In this document: one piece after another, positions 1 to 12,760 of the stretch
Position numbering within the stretch: position 1 is the stretch's first letter
How the letters are laid out: every line of letters begins with the position of its first letter
Origin: Negaprion brevirostris
Taxonomy: Eukaryota
NCBI GenBank assembly: GCA_030324005.1
Contig: JARDVH010000042.1
Coordinates: 74,936,116 to 75,000,003, forward strand
Length of the DNA: 63,888 bases
Direction: 5' to 3'
Notes under the pieces: generated by a model
The model's input: the letters and a program-made list of their open reading frames with translations, nothing else
Databases searched by the model: none
Told to the model about the DNA's origin: nothing
Program-made: the position numbers and the translations under genes

Positions 1-337
1 TCAAATATCTCTGCTAGGGGACCTGCAATTTCCTCCCTAGCCTCCCACAATGTCCTGGGATACACTTCATCAGGTCCCAGGGACTAATCAACTTGATGCA
101 CTTTTTAAAACTTCCAGCACCTCTTTCTCTGTATTATGTGCACTCCTCAAGTCATCACTATTTATTTCCCCAAGTTCCCTAACATCCATGCTTTTCTCAC
201 AGTAAATACTGATGAGAAATATTCATTTAGGATCTCACCCATCTCTTGTGGATCTGCACATAGATGACTTTGTTGATCCTTAAGAGGCCTTACTCTCTCC
301 TTTGTTACTGTTTTGCCCTTTATGTATTTGTAGAAGC
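1..337 (-). mobile_element. CR1 LINE ORF2 fragment
   Basis: reverse complement resembles the CR1 ORF2 pre-RT region (NEYFSSVFT / SLGPDEVYPR-like), similar to other CR1 copies in the window. Confidence 0.7.
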
Positions 338-731
338 TTGTTGACCAATTAGGAGCACAAGAACTGGGAGCAGTAGTGGACCATTATAGCCCCTTGAGCC
401 GCCTGCATCATTTAGTAAGATCATGGATGATCTTCAATTTCAGCTTCCTATAAGAAAGAGGAAAGATTAACTGATATAAATATTGGCTTCAAACCCACAC
501 TGCAGCCTTAATCCAGTGCCTTAAATGACATAGCCAAGACCAAAGCCTAAAATTGAAGCCCTGATATTCTTTGCAGTACTCCAGCATCATTACCTTTTTG
601 GCACCGGTTTTTTTTAAAAATTGTAAATTGAAATGGTTAATAATGCAAATCTTCACTATTAACAAGCAGATAAGATGTATTAACTTGGGAGACTGTTTGA
701 ATTTAATTAATGTGATTATGTTTTGATATAG

Positions 732-911
732 GCCAATGAAATCATCAAAAAACTGCAGGGGGACATGAAAAAATTGATGGAAAAAATTAGACTGAAAAAT
801 ACTGTTACGATGCAACAAGAAAAGCTTCTAGGAGAAAAGACACAATTGCTCCAGAAGGAACAACAAGAATTAAAAGAAGTTCAACAGTCTCTAAAACAAA
901 AGGAAGAAGAG
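732..911 (+). CDS. SASS6: SAS-6 coding exon (coiled-coil), first exon visible in window
   Basis: atag|GCC...GAG|gtaat; 180 bp, phase 0/0; [60 protein letters not shown] matches recalled vertebrate SAS-6 ([13 protein letters not shown]...KLKNTVTIQQEKLL). Confidence 0.95.
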
Positions 912-1045
912 GTAATGAATCACAAATTATTATCTACATAAAGTGATTCTGAGTTTAGAAGTACTGGGGAAGGGGAAATAAGACAGTTGATTTGAAAATG
1001 AGTTTTGAAACTAAACAGCTGCCACTTTTTTAAAAATCTTTTTAG

Positions 1046-1127
1046 GTTTGTAAATTGCAAGAGCAGCTTGATGCCACAGTCGGAAAACTGGAAGAAAGCA
1101 AACAGCTTCTAAAGACAAACGAAAATG
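1046..1127 (+). CDS. SASS6: SAS-6 coding exon
   Basis: tttag|GTT...AAT G|gttagt; 82 bp; VCKLQEQLDATVGKLEESKQLLKTNEN. Confidence 0.95.
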
Positions 1128-2471
1128 GTTAGTAGTTGAAGCAAGAATGCTATAAAGCAGCCTGCATGTACACAGTATCTTTTAGCATTAATAAAATACA
1201 ACCAATAGTATTATTGGGCAAAATTTAACACGGAACCATATAAAGAATCTGTAGGACAGTTGACAAAAAACTTGGTCAAGCTGCTGATGTTTTTGTATGT
1301 GTAGAAATGAGACCGTGTGGTCGCTTTTGTGAGGCTGACGCCTCACACAGCCTAGCATTACAGGACTGAGAGGCAATGGGATTAATGTTTTACAATTATA
1401 TTGCCTTCATTAAGACTTGTGCAAAAACTATTAACCACTGAAGGCATTATTCACAGAAGATAAAAGAATGAATAAACTGAAGTAGGCAGAAGAACAGTAT
1501 TGAAGTATGGTAAATGTGTTGGCTGATAAACTATAGTGGAGCCTGTTTCAAAGGTAACCATGATGGACAATGTGGAAATAAATCACAGGGTGATCAACTG
1601 TCTGATTTTTCTGGGTTTGTCTCAGAATTTGGCTTCCTGTCCTTGTTACAGAGAAGCCTAGCTTATAATCGTTAGTTCTGCAAGTATTTGAATGTGACCC
1701 AAAAATGCTGGCATTTGTGGAAAGCTTCATTTTGAAAAGATTGAATAGAAGCTATGGCAGACATGCTAATATGACATCGTGTAGAAATATTTTGTGTTCT
1801 GATGTCCTTTACCAATTAGTACTGAAACTTTTTTCTGTGAGCTTCCTGAGTGCCATTTTTCCCCTGGATTTGTCAGGGCACAGTTGTACAGTCCAAAGCT
1901 AGCACTCTTCTCTTGAATTTTACAGCTTCAGCAGGTGGATGATAGGACTTGGGTGAGTTTGGGAGTGTCTCCCCACACCCCTCTGGTCTTGGCAAACCAT
2001 CTGCTCCTCTGGTGAAGTGTCCCTTATTTTCCTCCCTAGAGCTGGCCACCTATGGGTCATCCTAAGAAATTGTCTTTACTAACTTTTCAGTACACTGAGG
2101 TTTGTTGACAGCCAGCAATCAATGATGAATGAAATGATGCAGGGAAGCCTAGACTGTAATAATCAATTCTTTAAGTATTTGGATGTGACCTGGAAAGCGC
2201 TAGCTTTCCTGGGGAGCTTCATTTTAAGAAGAATTGAGAAGCTGTTAGCAGACATGTTAATATGACATTGTTTAGCAGTGTCTTGTGTACTTTGCCAGTT
2301 AATACTGAAACTAGTACCATTGTATTAATTCATTGAAAAGCACATGACTCCAAGCTCATCTTGACTGAAGTTTTTTTTACCATTCTGACATTTTTGGGAG
2401 GGGAAGAGAAACAAGCTCCATTATTTAACTTTTAAAACTGTTAATTGTATGCTACTATTTACCTTGCACAG

Positions 2472-2602
2472 TAATATCCTGGTTGAATAAACAACTGAAT
2501 GAAAATAAATTAGCAGCACTGCAAGAGACTCCAGGCTCTTTTGACCCATCAACAATATCTAGTGGCAATTTGTCCAGGCCTGGGGCTATGCAAAACAGTC
2601 TG
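2472..2602 (+). CDS. SASS6: SAS-6 coding exon (end of coiled-coil)
   Basis: cacag|TA ATA TCC TGG...CTG|gtaagt; 131 bp, phase 1/0; (V)ISWLNKQLNENKLAALQETPGSFDPSTISSGNLSRPGAMQNSL, cf. ITWLNKELNEN. Confidence 0.93.
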
Positions 2603-3996
2603 GTAAGTAAACTATTTACATTGTGACCAGAATTAAAACTTAGTTATTTTTATAATATCTAGTGAAGGTATGCGATGGAGAGCAGTAGTTTTTAATTGTT
2701 TATTGAAATGTTAGTACATTTTACTTTACCTTCATCTTCAATGGGACATCAATATTTATTGCTGTCCTGTTTTATAATGTGCAATGCAGGATTTTTGATT
2801 CCAGTTATATAAGTGTCAGTTTGGTTCAAGAGGAGCATTTTCATCTCCAAGTCAGTATATTTATTCAATGACCACACAGCAGAGGATGCAAAGACCCTTC
2901 TTTATTTGCCTGCTGATGTCCAGTGGTTTTTCACAGATGGATTACTGCCATCTGTAATAAGGAGAGGCACTTAAGTAGGCAGATAAAGACAATTTCCAAT
3001 CCTCTAACCTCATTTCCTATTGGTCACTGCAGGGTTGAGGGGATTACTCGCTGTGTAGGATGTCCAGAAAATGTCAGCTGAACCAGCTCCTGATGGGGGA
3101 TGGGCTTAGCAGCAAGCACTGCAGTTCAAAGGCCATCACTGTTTCTCTCCCTGCCCTCCTGAACACAAGCAATAATACTGGGTGTTTTCTGACAGCAGCC
3201 AGAAGTATGCAATGATGTCAGCCGTTGCTGCTCTTTCAGCTTGCAGACTTTATTTTTCATTTCCTGGTGCCTTTGCTGTGGGAGTATCTAGGAAATTTAA
3301 ATATAGAGCTCAGCAGCTCCGTGGATGTGTCAACTAGTTCACTGCCCGTCTCTCTAAAATATCTGTGAACAATATAGCGTTCGGCTGATTAACTTATGAA
3401 TACAGTTCAGTGGACTATGCAAAAATCTTGCTGGTAGGTTTGATCTCCAGTGGAGTCTGCACTCTCACATCCCTTGTCCATAATTCCAACACAGAACCTG
3501 TTAATGTAACATGGGGTAATCATCTTGCTGATGGAACTTATGACAGAGAGCAGTCTGAGTGCAATTGCTTAGATAAAAGAAAATCCACATTCAGTAAGAA
3601 CTTTGCCAAGCAGTTTAGCTGTGTGTTTGTTATTGAATTAACTCCAGTTAAATAGATCTTAAGTGGTCTTTTAAATTTGCCCCATCAGAAACCTGTCAGA
3701 TCTTTGAAAGCTCATTTTGTTGACGTTTTTGGAATTTGATTTGCCATTTTATTGGCAGAGAAAGGTTGAAGAGGCTCAGTGAAGGAAAAGTGACACAGGG
3801 CAAAAAAAGACAAATGGTTTCAGATTATTTTTCCAGTTTTCTGCATGCATGGCTGTTATACAGCAGTGGAGGATAGATCTGTGCTTTTGGATTGTGGAGA
3901 AATGTCTGTTTGCCCATTTTTTAACATAATTGGTGCAGACTTTTAAATAAAAGTCCTTGGAATATTAATATTGTTCTGTTGCTTTTTCTTTTGCAG

Positions 3997-4146
3997 CAAA
4001 CTTTGTTGCACCCTCCTTTTTCTGTCTTGATGCCACAGCCTGTCTCTTCTGCTTCGTCTTCAAATATTTATTCTCCGACCTCTGTTTCTACTATACGAAT
4101 GACTTCTCCATCCCTGAGGCCTGGTGTATCAGGACATGGTCTTCAG
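3997..4146 (+). CDS. SASS6: SAS-6 coding exon (disordered C-terminal region), probable GC donor
   Basis: strong polypyrimidine tract + ttgcag|CAA; 150 bp open, QTLLHPPFSVLMPQPVSSASSSNIYSPTSVSTIRMTSPSLRPGVSGHGLQ; the best phase-0 donor is CAG|gcaggc, so the 3' boundary is less certain. Confidence 0.7.
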
Positions 4147-4510
4147 GCAGGCTTGATTTTAAAATATATTATTTGTACTATTCTATTGTTTGGAGCGAAA
4201 TTAAATGTTTTAGAATTTGCTAGATTTTTAAACTCTGACTGAGTCGCACGTGTAAATTCAGGATTTTTGATATAAACCATATCAAACAGCTTTGCTGGTT
4301 ATCAGGAGGGCTTGTCATGATTATACACTTAAAATATTAAATGCTTGTACGTCTTAGCAGTAATTATTGCATGTTTGAAATTATTTCATAGATGCCTGTT
4401 TGTTTGAGGTTTGAATTGTTTATTAATTGTTCTGCAGTTTAAAAAAAATTGAACCAAAGTCACATTATTCAGTGAAAACTTGATATCTGACAAGAAAATG
4501 TTGCTCCTAG

Positions 4511-4617
4511 GTGCATTTCAGTCCTTTGCAACTAAACCCTAGCAGCATTCCTGCAACTGAATCCAAGTCGGGTCCTTCAGCTTCAACACCAACAGTAATG
4601 GCTGCCTCTTTGAAAAG
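4511..4617 (+). CDS. SASS6: SAS-6 coding exon
   Basis: cctag|GTG...AAA AG|gtatgc; 107 bp, phase 0/2; VHFSPLQLNPSSIPATESKSGPSASTPTVMAASLK (VHF cf. VQF). Confidence 0.8.
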
Positions 4618-5940
4618 GTATGCATTGGTTCCAGCAGCCTTAACAATGAATCAGAATAAATGTACTTTGTATTGGTCTAGTTTTCAGATGCCACAACCAG
4701 TCTTAAATATTTCCTGTTATATGCTGTTTAGATTTAGCTTTTTGATTATAAATTAGTTGAAATTTGTGAGATTGCATCCAATTGATGCAGACTATATTTT
4801 TGAGGTGTCTGAGATATGAATTTGTGATATTGAAATCCACTATTAAGCACTGGAACAGTAACTAGTTTAGGGTGCATTTTATAGCCACTGGAAAGCTTGA
4901 TGACAGGGAAGGTGAATAAGGATCACACTGTAAATAGCTCAGGTTTTTTCTCCCTGAAATGTATTGTCTGAAGTTTTTTTCTGTATGAATTGGAGTTAAT
5001 TCCTTCTCTGGTCTCTTATAACAGCTTTTCTTCACATCCTAAAGGCCATTTCAATGCTGCTCTAATCTACAATCTTCCCTCCCTCGTAACATACCATTAA
5101 ACAATTACCTAATCCTTTCACTATTGTCTCCTGACACCCGTACCTAAATTGAAAAATGTGTAATGGAAAGAGTGGCGGGCATGAACGTGCACCCAGCAAA
5201 TGCCTGACAGTTACCTTTTACACTCCTAGGCTGCATTAGAAACTTTTGGTCAGCAGCTCTTAATTCTTTCCATCGCCCCTCCAGTCTGCTTTCTTCTCAT
5301 CTCCCAGTTATCAGAAGGGAAGTTAGAGATGGATGTGCAAAGTAGGGGAGATTATTGTTTTCTTAAATTTCTGTTTCCTCTTTTTACTTTGATAGTATTT
5401 TATTTTGTGAACTAGAGAACCATTCCACCATTATTTTAAAATCACTTCCCCATAACTATATTCTTTTCTTTTGATTTTGCACTATAACTCTTGCATTCCG
5501 AAAAGGCTTTAACTTTTAGAACCTTTGCTAACTGAAACTTGTTTTCCACAAATGTGTAGATTGTCCCAATTTATTTCAATGTAATTACCTAAGATGTTGC
5601 TAGGCGTTAAAACCAAGAAATCTGGCTAACTTCCAGGTGTAATCTTAGCCTTCTGTAGATATGCTGGGGCCTGGAAGTAAACCCATTTATGAACTGATCT
5701 CGGTAGTGCATGCTGGAGTAGTTGCAGCTTAAATTTAAAATCTAAGTGTAAGTTCACTGATAGTGTGCTTCCAATACTGACAGAAATTCTACTCAGACTA
5801 CTGAATTTTATTCAGTGAAAAGTAAGGAAATTTGATCTCTCAATTATATGTTTTAAAGGGTAAGATACGTTTAATTGCAATACAGTTTTGTAAAATCAAA
5901 AAAATTGGCATTCAGAAGAGAACCTGATTCTGGGAGTTTC

Positions 5941-6130
5941 TTAGAATCACAGAATGCCCACAGTGCAGAAAGAGGCCATTTGGCAAATCAAGCCTGCACC
6001 AACAACAATCCCACCTAGGTCCATCCCCGTAACTCCATATATTTACCTTGCTACTCCCCCTGACGCCAAGAGGCAATTTAGCATGGCCAATCAACCTAGC
6101 CTGCATATCTTTGGAGTGTGGGAAGAAAGC
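5941..6130 (-). mobile_element. HE1/V-SINE 3' portion
   Basis: reverse complement matches the 3' half of the SINE at 13997-14317, including the CR1-like tail. Confidence 0.8.
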
Positions 6131-6988
6131 ACATGTATGTGGATGTCAGATGACATGATGAGGTCAAATATAATAACCCCATAATCAATATAGTAAAATC
6201 TAGACTCCTGTGTGATGAATGGACTCTTGAGGTACAGGGTGTTGCTCTTGAGAAAGCGTGGAAGAAAACTCGAAGACAGGAAGAAAAAGTATAACTACAT
6301 CCTAATATCAATTGATAAAAAGTAGAGAAAAAATGTCTTAGCTGCTCCTAAATCCCAGTGGAATGCATAAATAATTAAAGCCCTGATGGGAAGGCATATG
6401 AAGTAGATCTTATCTCGTATTCATGTTATCGAGCCTTTAACTTTTGTCTAGACTATAATGGAGCTTTTGGCTCCAACCAAGGAACATGTTTCTGAACTCG
6501 CTTGAGTAATGAAATATGGTTAGCGTGTATTCTGGGTTACTGAGTATGTTATTTGAAAATAAGTTACTTAGATTGATCTATAGGTTGTTTTCTTAATAGT
6601 TATGTAAGTTAAGCAACTTAATTTAATTTTTATTGTAAAACAGATGAAAAATTATGGAAGATTTGGCATTGGATTTAAGCTTGACTCATTGTAAAATTCT
6701 GTGTACCGGAACTATTGTGAGCTTATTTGCTAAAGTCACTGTTGGGAGATAACTAGTTGAAATCGAGGAAACAGTTTGTATTTAACTAGTTAGTTCAAAT
6801 TGGAATTGTTCCATTTTCAACTTTCAACAAGTCCAAAACTCTAATCTGTGTGATTTGTTGCAATGTAAATAGTAAAATAGAAGCTTTAAAAATTGAAATG
6901 TTTCAATTTCATGTTAACTCTTCATTATGTCTGTGGTTTGAACAATTCCATCAGCCATTTAATTAGAAATATTTCTTATTCTCTGTAG

Positions 6989-7095
6989 TGAACCAGTTGG
7001 CTTGGACCTGAAATACCTACAGAAGAGGGAAGGTGGTAAACCGATTTTATCTCGAGGGGCACCATTACAGAAGGCATCATGTCCATCTAGTGCAG
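6989..7095 (+). CDS. SASS6: SAS-6 coding exon
   Basis: tgtag|T GAA...GCA G|gtagt; 107 bp, phase 2/1; (S)EPVGLDLKYLQKREGGKPILSRGAPLQKASCPSSA, cf. ENVGLESKYLKKRE. Confidence 0.88.
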
Positions 7096-7494
7096 GTAGT
7101 AAAGTAGTTGTATTACGTCAAACCTCTGTATACATTATATTAGTTTTCATGCCTACATATGAAGAAAATTGTAATAGCTGGGAAGGTTAGGAATGTGTAA
7201 TTTATTATCTCCTAATATTTGCTTCAAAAAAATCAGCCCTTGAAAAAATCATATGGTACACTTTTAATTCAAAGTTTTTGATATAAATTACTTTCTTGCA
7301 AAAAACATTGAATTATCAGTAATACATTGTAATGAATAGATAAACTCCAACCAGGCTTTGACTTCTTTCTTACTGTTTCTTAGTATTGAACACAAAGTTA
7401 TAATGTCCATTATAATAATATGTACCATTAACAGTGCAATTTGTAAAATGCCTGCAAAAGAGTACAGATAAGGACTGTGAATAGAAAATATTGG

Positions 7495-7960
7495 AAATAC
7501 ATACTAGCATGAGTACAGCTCCAATAACACTTATGAAAGTTGACACAATCCATGATAAAGCAGCCCACTTGATCAGCACTCCCTTTATGACTGACACACT
7601 ATGGATGCAGTGTGTACCTTCTACAAGATGCAGTTCAGCACCTCAACAAAACTCCTTTAACAGCATCTTCCAAACCTGTGACCCTTACTATCTTCAGGAA
7701 CCAGGGATGCAGGTCTATACGAACACCATTAACTGCAAGTGCTCTCCACACATTATCCTGACTTGGTAATACATCGCCATTTTTTTGCTTGCTGCATTAA
7801 AATTCTGGGACTGTCTTATACTGCACATTTGGCCTAGAGACCTACACAACTCTACTGCAGCAGTCTAAAAAGGCTTAGTTAATACTGTCTTCTTGAGGAC
7901 AATAAGGGATGGACATTAAATGCAGTCCTTGTCAATGATACCCAGATGCCATGATTTTTT
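7495..7960 (+). mobile_element. LINE (CR1/L2 group) 3' end, decayed
   Basis: ends in caataagggatggacattaaatgcagtccttgtcaatgatacccagatgccatga, a tail shared with the SINE at 34737-35090. Confidence 0.6.
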
Positions 7961-9698
7961 TCTAAAAGCAGCCAAAGAGAGAAAACCAGAACTCTGCACA
8001 GATGATTCCTGAGTATTTCCAGCATTTTCTTTCTATTGCTGATTTTCAACATGCAAATAAGGGCCTGCAGTATATCCATAAATGCACCAAGACCTAAATA
8101 CAAGAGTAGTTCCAAATAGGGTGTGAGAGGAATTATACATGGTGATCCCTTCAGCTTTCTCTGCCTGTGGGGATCCTCTCAATGCATTTTCCTATCAGCT
8201 TGGCTGAGATTAGCCGAAATCAATATCATAACGTTTCATGGCATAGTGCATTAGGCTGACAGAGCTCAAAGCTTCTTTCAGTGCCTATCTTAATTTTCCT
8301 GCACCACCTACCCTTATGTTACAGGACCAAAATGTACACCTCTTCCTACTTCAATGACAAATAAGCCACTTAAAATCATAGATTCATAGGTGAATCCAGC
8401 TTAAACATAGAACAATACAGCACAGGAACAGGCCCTTCGGCCCATGATGTTGTACTGGACATGACGCCAAATTAAACAAATCCCTTTTGTTTGCCCTTGG
8501 TCTATATCTCTCTATTTCTGTGCTGTCGATATTCATGTGGTTATCTAAAAGCCCCTTAAGTAGCCCTAAAATTTTTTAAGGCTTTAAAGTTTATTTATTA
8601 CATTGGTTATTTGGAGAAAAAAAAAGTGGCTCCAGCAAGCCAATTATATTTTATGGGGTAAGAGAAATGTCCATAATTAGCTGGAGTTTTTCTTTTTGTC
8701 CAGTCCTAAGTCAAGTTCTGCTGACCTGTTTTTCTGTCCTTGGCATCTACATTTGTACACCATCCCTCCAATGCTTGTAATTTAAATCTTTGTCCTCAAC
8801 TTTAAATCCTCCAAGGTGTCATTCCTTTTAAACTATGTAATCTCAAACGTACGATCAGACCTTGGCACTTCGTGCATTCAGCTTTTCTCACTTACTTATT
8901 GGTAATAGAATCTTTAGTTATGTGAGTCTCTGTTCCTCATTCACTCTTTGTACCTTTTGGACAAAACACTTGGTCATCCAATTACCTCAAGTGTCCTAGC
9001 TAGTTACGAAACGCCTGCAACAGACAGACTCAGGTAAGATGCTAAGAAATTTCATGAATTTTCATTCAGATGTGGATAGGAGAAGGTCAGCAATTTCCCA
9101 CTACTGCCTGGCATGCCAGGTTGCAGGCATGTTTCCTCCAGGCTGTTTTGGAGCAGATTACATTAGAGGAGGGGATGATGACGACCCACTTGCAGGCAGA
9201 GGGTAGCTATTTAAGATAACTAAAGGGTGTTTAGGTTATGCTGAGGTCATAACCCGGCCATTGTGGAGGGGTCTCCCTCTACAACAACAGACAGACAGTT
9301 GTGGCTGCCTTTTACTATTTTCAAGATTCTTCAGAGGGTGCCCTTTTCAACTACCCACTTCTGCTAATGGGACTGTTGATCTCTCAGGGCTGGGGTCTCC
9401 TAATGTCCTCCAGCCTCAGGAATCTACTTTCCAACCATCCTTGATTGGATGAGGCTAAGTGGCCACCTCCTCAAAAATAGCCCTCTGGATTCTAACGATA
9501 ACATTTCTGGGTACCCGACCCCCACTTACTCCCAACAGCAGGAGTAGGACCCATAAATGAAAATGTAGCTGTTTGTGTTAATAACAATTTTTAAGGTAGG
9601 CTTTGGAAGTGAACAATTGATCATTTTAACCAACAAGTATAATTACTTTCTTCTGTCCTCTTTCTCCCCATCCCCATTGTTTTCTGATGTTTATTAAG

Positions 9699-9793
9699 TG
9701 CCAACACGTCCGCCTGTGCCAAAGCAAGGAAATCCGCCAACAGTGATTTCTGCCTACTTCCCTGGACAACAGCCTAGGCTCCCTGCATCATGA
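9699..9793 (+). CDS. SASS6: SAS-6 terminal coding exon
   Basis: ttaag|TG CCA...TCA TGA; phase 1 fits the previous exon; (V)PTRPPVPKQGNPPTVISAYFPGQQPRLPAS*, containing the conserved SAYFPGQ C-terminal motif. Confidence 0.9.
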
Positions 9794-11260
9794 AGAAAGA
9801 GCAGTAGCAAAACTTCTCAACATGGATCATAATCATGAAAGGAGAAAGGAAATTTCCCTTTAATAAAATAAAGAGGGGCCTCTAGAACACATCACTGCAA
9901 GTATTGCAGTGATACATTTAGACCGATTTGTCTTTTGTAAGAAATGACTAAACTGGGCAGTGATAATTACCATAAACCCAGGTGCTCATGCAAACTGCCA
10001 GAATACACTCTATTGCCATTTTCAGAATATTAACTTGCATACAAATACAAGCTTCATTTGAGGGAAGGTCTTCCGTACAGACCGCAGCGGTATACCAAAG
10101 TACATATGATAGAACCAGGAGTTTATATTTTGTGCCTTACAGATTACTACAATGGTGTAAATGATAATTTGAAGTAATCAAGATATGTGTATCAGGGCAC
10201 TAAATCTTGGGAATTTGATAAGTGAAGATCATTGGCTACCTTCTACATGAAGAAACTAAGGTTTTCTTCCCCCCTGCTTCCTCTTCCTCCTCCTCCCACA
10301 GCACGCACCCTTGAATATGTTCTTTTAAAATGAATGTTTCTGTAACTACAAATCTTTAGAGGATAAAACTCTCAGCATACTTTTTGAAGTTGATACACAT
10401 TGTTTTTTCCATTATGTTGTCAGCATTAGCAACATCTTTGGCACCACTCTTGTCTTTGGCATTTTTTTTGCTCAGCCTGTGCTATCTCAAAACTTATCTG
10501 GGATCACATGAATGGTATCTGTTGATTCTTAACAGGAGAGAGCAGTTTCTGTATGATCGACCATCTTAAACTAGTTGCAAACGCACTGTTGCCATTTTTG
10601 GCATCCGATTTATGACAATTATCTACAAACTGAAATCAGTTTGAGTTCAGTTTTCTTCAAACTCATATTGAAACCTTACTGTAATTCAGTATATACAGTC
10701 AGTATTACAATACAGGAATGGGTTGGCCCTGCCGAACACTGCAGGGAATACAGAATTGTTGATTAGCACTGGAGGGGTAAGGAGCAAGTTCTGTCTTGTT
10801 AGTAGGGCAGTAGTTATGTACTTTTTGTATCTGCAAAATAAATTTGATAGCTGCATAATAAGGAAATTAGAATCCATTTTGTTTAAAAATGCACCTCAAA
10901 AATATTAAGTGCCATTATTTATTATGCCCTATCAAATTATTTGTCTGAAAACATGAACTACTGCAATTTATCTCTGTAGTTCTGAATTCTATTACTTTGA
11001 TAAGGTGACTAATATAATTGCATCAGGGATTTTAAAGCACATCAGATGTACAGAACTGACATTACGTCCTCTATTGTGCTGTAACTAGTAATTTATGACC
11101 TCTGTTGAACTGAATATATGTCTGTGTAAAAATTGTAAAGAATTTTGTATTTAAAATGAGTGTTGTATACATATTTTGACTGAATAAAATATATGTACTT
11201 TTGCAGAAGAAACAGTGACCCTTCAATCTTTTAAAATAAAGTTGTTGCGATCTGCCATCT
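9794..11260 (+). other. SASS6: SAS-6 gene putative 3' UTR
   Basis: AT-rich, apparently TE-free stretch after the stop; AATAAA at 9862, about 10836, 11183 and 11235; true end unknown. Confidence 0.5.
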
Positions 11261-11437
11261 CCCAGCATAGCTGTAATGAGATGGGGAAGAAGACATGAAG
11301 GTTATTTTAAAATAAAATCATATACCATAAAGGAGAGCTTGTGTACTAGAGGAAGAATGACAATAATGCCAGTGGCCTTTTGTCATCCCTGGCTTTCCTT
11401 GTGTTTTCATGTTCTTCTTCCTGAGCTCTCACCCTTA

Positions 11438-11722
11438 CATAAGAACATAAGAAATAGGACCAGGAGTAGGCCATCTAGCCCTTCGAGCCTGCCCCGCCAT
11501 TCAATAAGATCATGGCTGATCTGTCGTGGCTNNNNNNNNNNNNNNNNNNNNNNNNNNNNNNNNNNNNNNNNNNNNNNNNNNNNNNNNNNNNNNNNNNNNN
11601 NNNNNNNNNNNNNNNNNNNNNNNNNNNNNNNAGAATTCCAGAGATTCACCACCCTTTGAGTGAAGAAGTTCCTCCTCAACTCCGTTCTAAACCGCCCCCC
11701 CTTTATCTCGAGGCTGTGCCCC
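11438..11722 (-). mobile_element. young CR1 LINE 3' end spanning a gap
   Basis: RGHSLEIKGGRFRTELRRNFFTQRVVNLWNS C-terminus plus (ttcttatg) tail. Confidence 0.85.
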
Positions 11723-12648
11723 CTTACCAAATGTGATTCTGTTAATAAGGGCAATGCTGCAGAACATTGCAGCCAATGGCCATTCTTCAAAGTGAATGAG
11801 TGTTAGAGTTTCGGCTTTGTTGCTGCCGGAAGCAACGCTTTCAATCATAATCGCTGCGTGAGTGCAAAGTGTGTTGCAGAGTAGTTTAATCCTGGCCTTG
11901 CCCAACATTAGGATTCAAACAGGAGACCTCTGGAAATGACAGAACTAAGAATCCATCCTGAACCTTTTCCCCTCCTAGAGCTGCAGGTTCAATGCAAAAT
12001 TTAGTGACCAAACAGCCTTTTTTAAAAAAATTTAGTTATTTGAAGTAATGAAGTACACCTCACCTTAAATCACCAGACTTGTTTGCTTTGAGTACTTTCC
12101 ATAGTCTATCTTCAACAATAATCTAGCTGGAAAAATTTCTTAATGTACTTTGCAAGAATTACACACATTTTCTGTTAAACCACTTATTTCCAAACTGATC
12201 GTTATTCACGAGGCAATATGACTGCTGAGTTATTATGTTAAATATTAGTTCAACTGTTTTTCAAAGATGTGGCTATTCCTTTGGAGTCTCATAGACTTGC
12301 AGTAAATCATCTGAATTTCTTAAGTTCAAGTCTACCTGTCACCACTTAATTTTCAATTAATGGGTAGAAAGATTGCATTTACATAATTGAATGGAAAATT
12401 GACATGTAATGTATTTGAAATTTTAACTTTTGGAAAGACAGGAAGCCAGGAAAAGGTTGAGATGCAGCTCTATTAGTTAAGAATGGCATTAGAGAGGGAT
12501 GACCTTAGTTCTTAAAATCTGGATGTAGAATTAGTTTGGATTGAGGTAAGAAATAGGAAAGGTAGGAAATCACTTGTGGGTGTAGTTTATAGATTCCCTA
12601 ATCACACCGTAATGCATACAGGAAGAAATGGGGGCTAATGAAGGTATT

Positions 12649-12760
12649 TGTTAGAATTTTACCGTCTCACCTACCACAAGAATTGGAGGGGGCGAGGGGT
12701 GAATGATGGAAAGGTGAGATTCTATAGTTTCGGGATAAGTGAGGCCATAAAATCCCACCC
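12649..12760. mobile_element. Harbinger-type MITE nested in CR1
   Basis: degenerate TIR (tgttagaattttac / ataaaatcccaccc) and 3-bp ATT on both sides; removing it restores CR1-like continuity. Confidence 0.5.
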
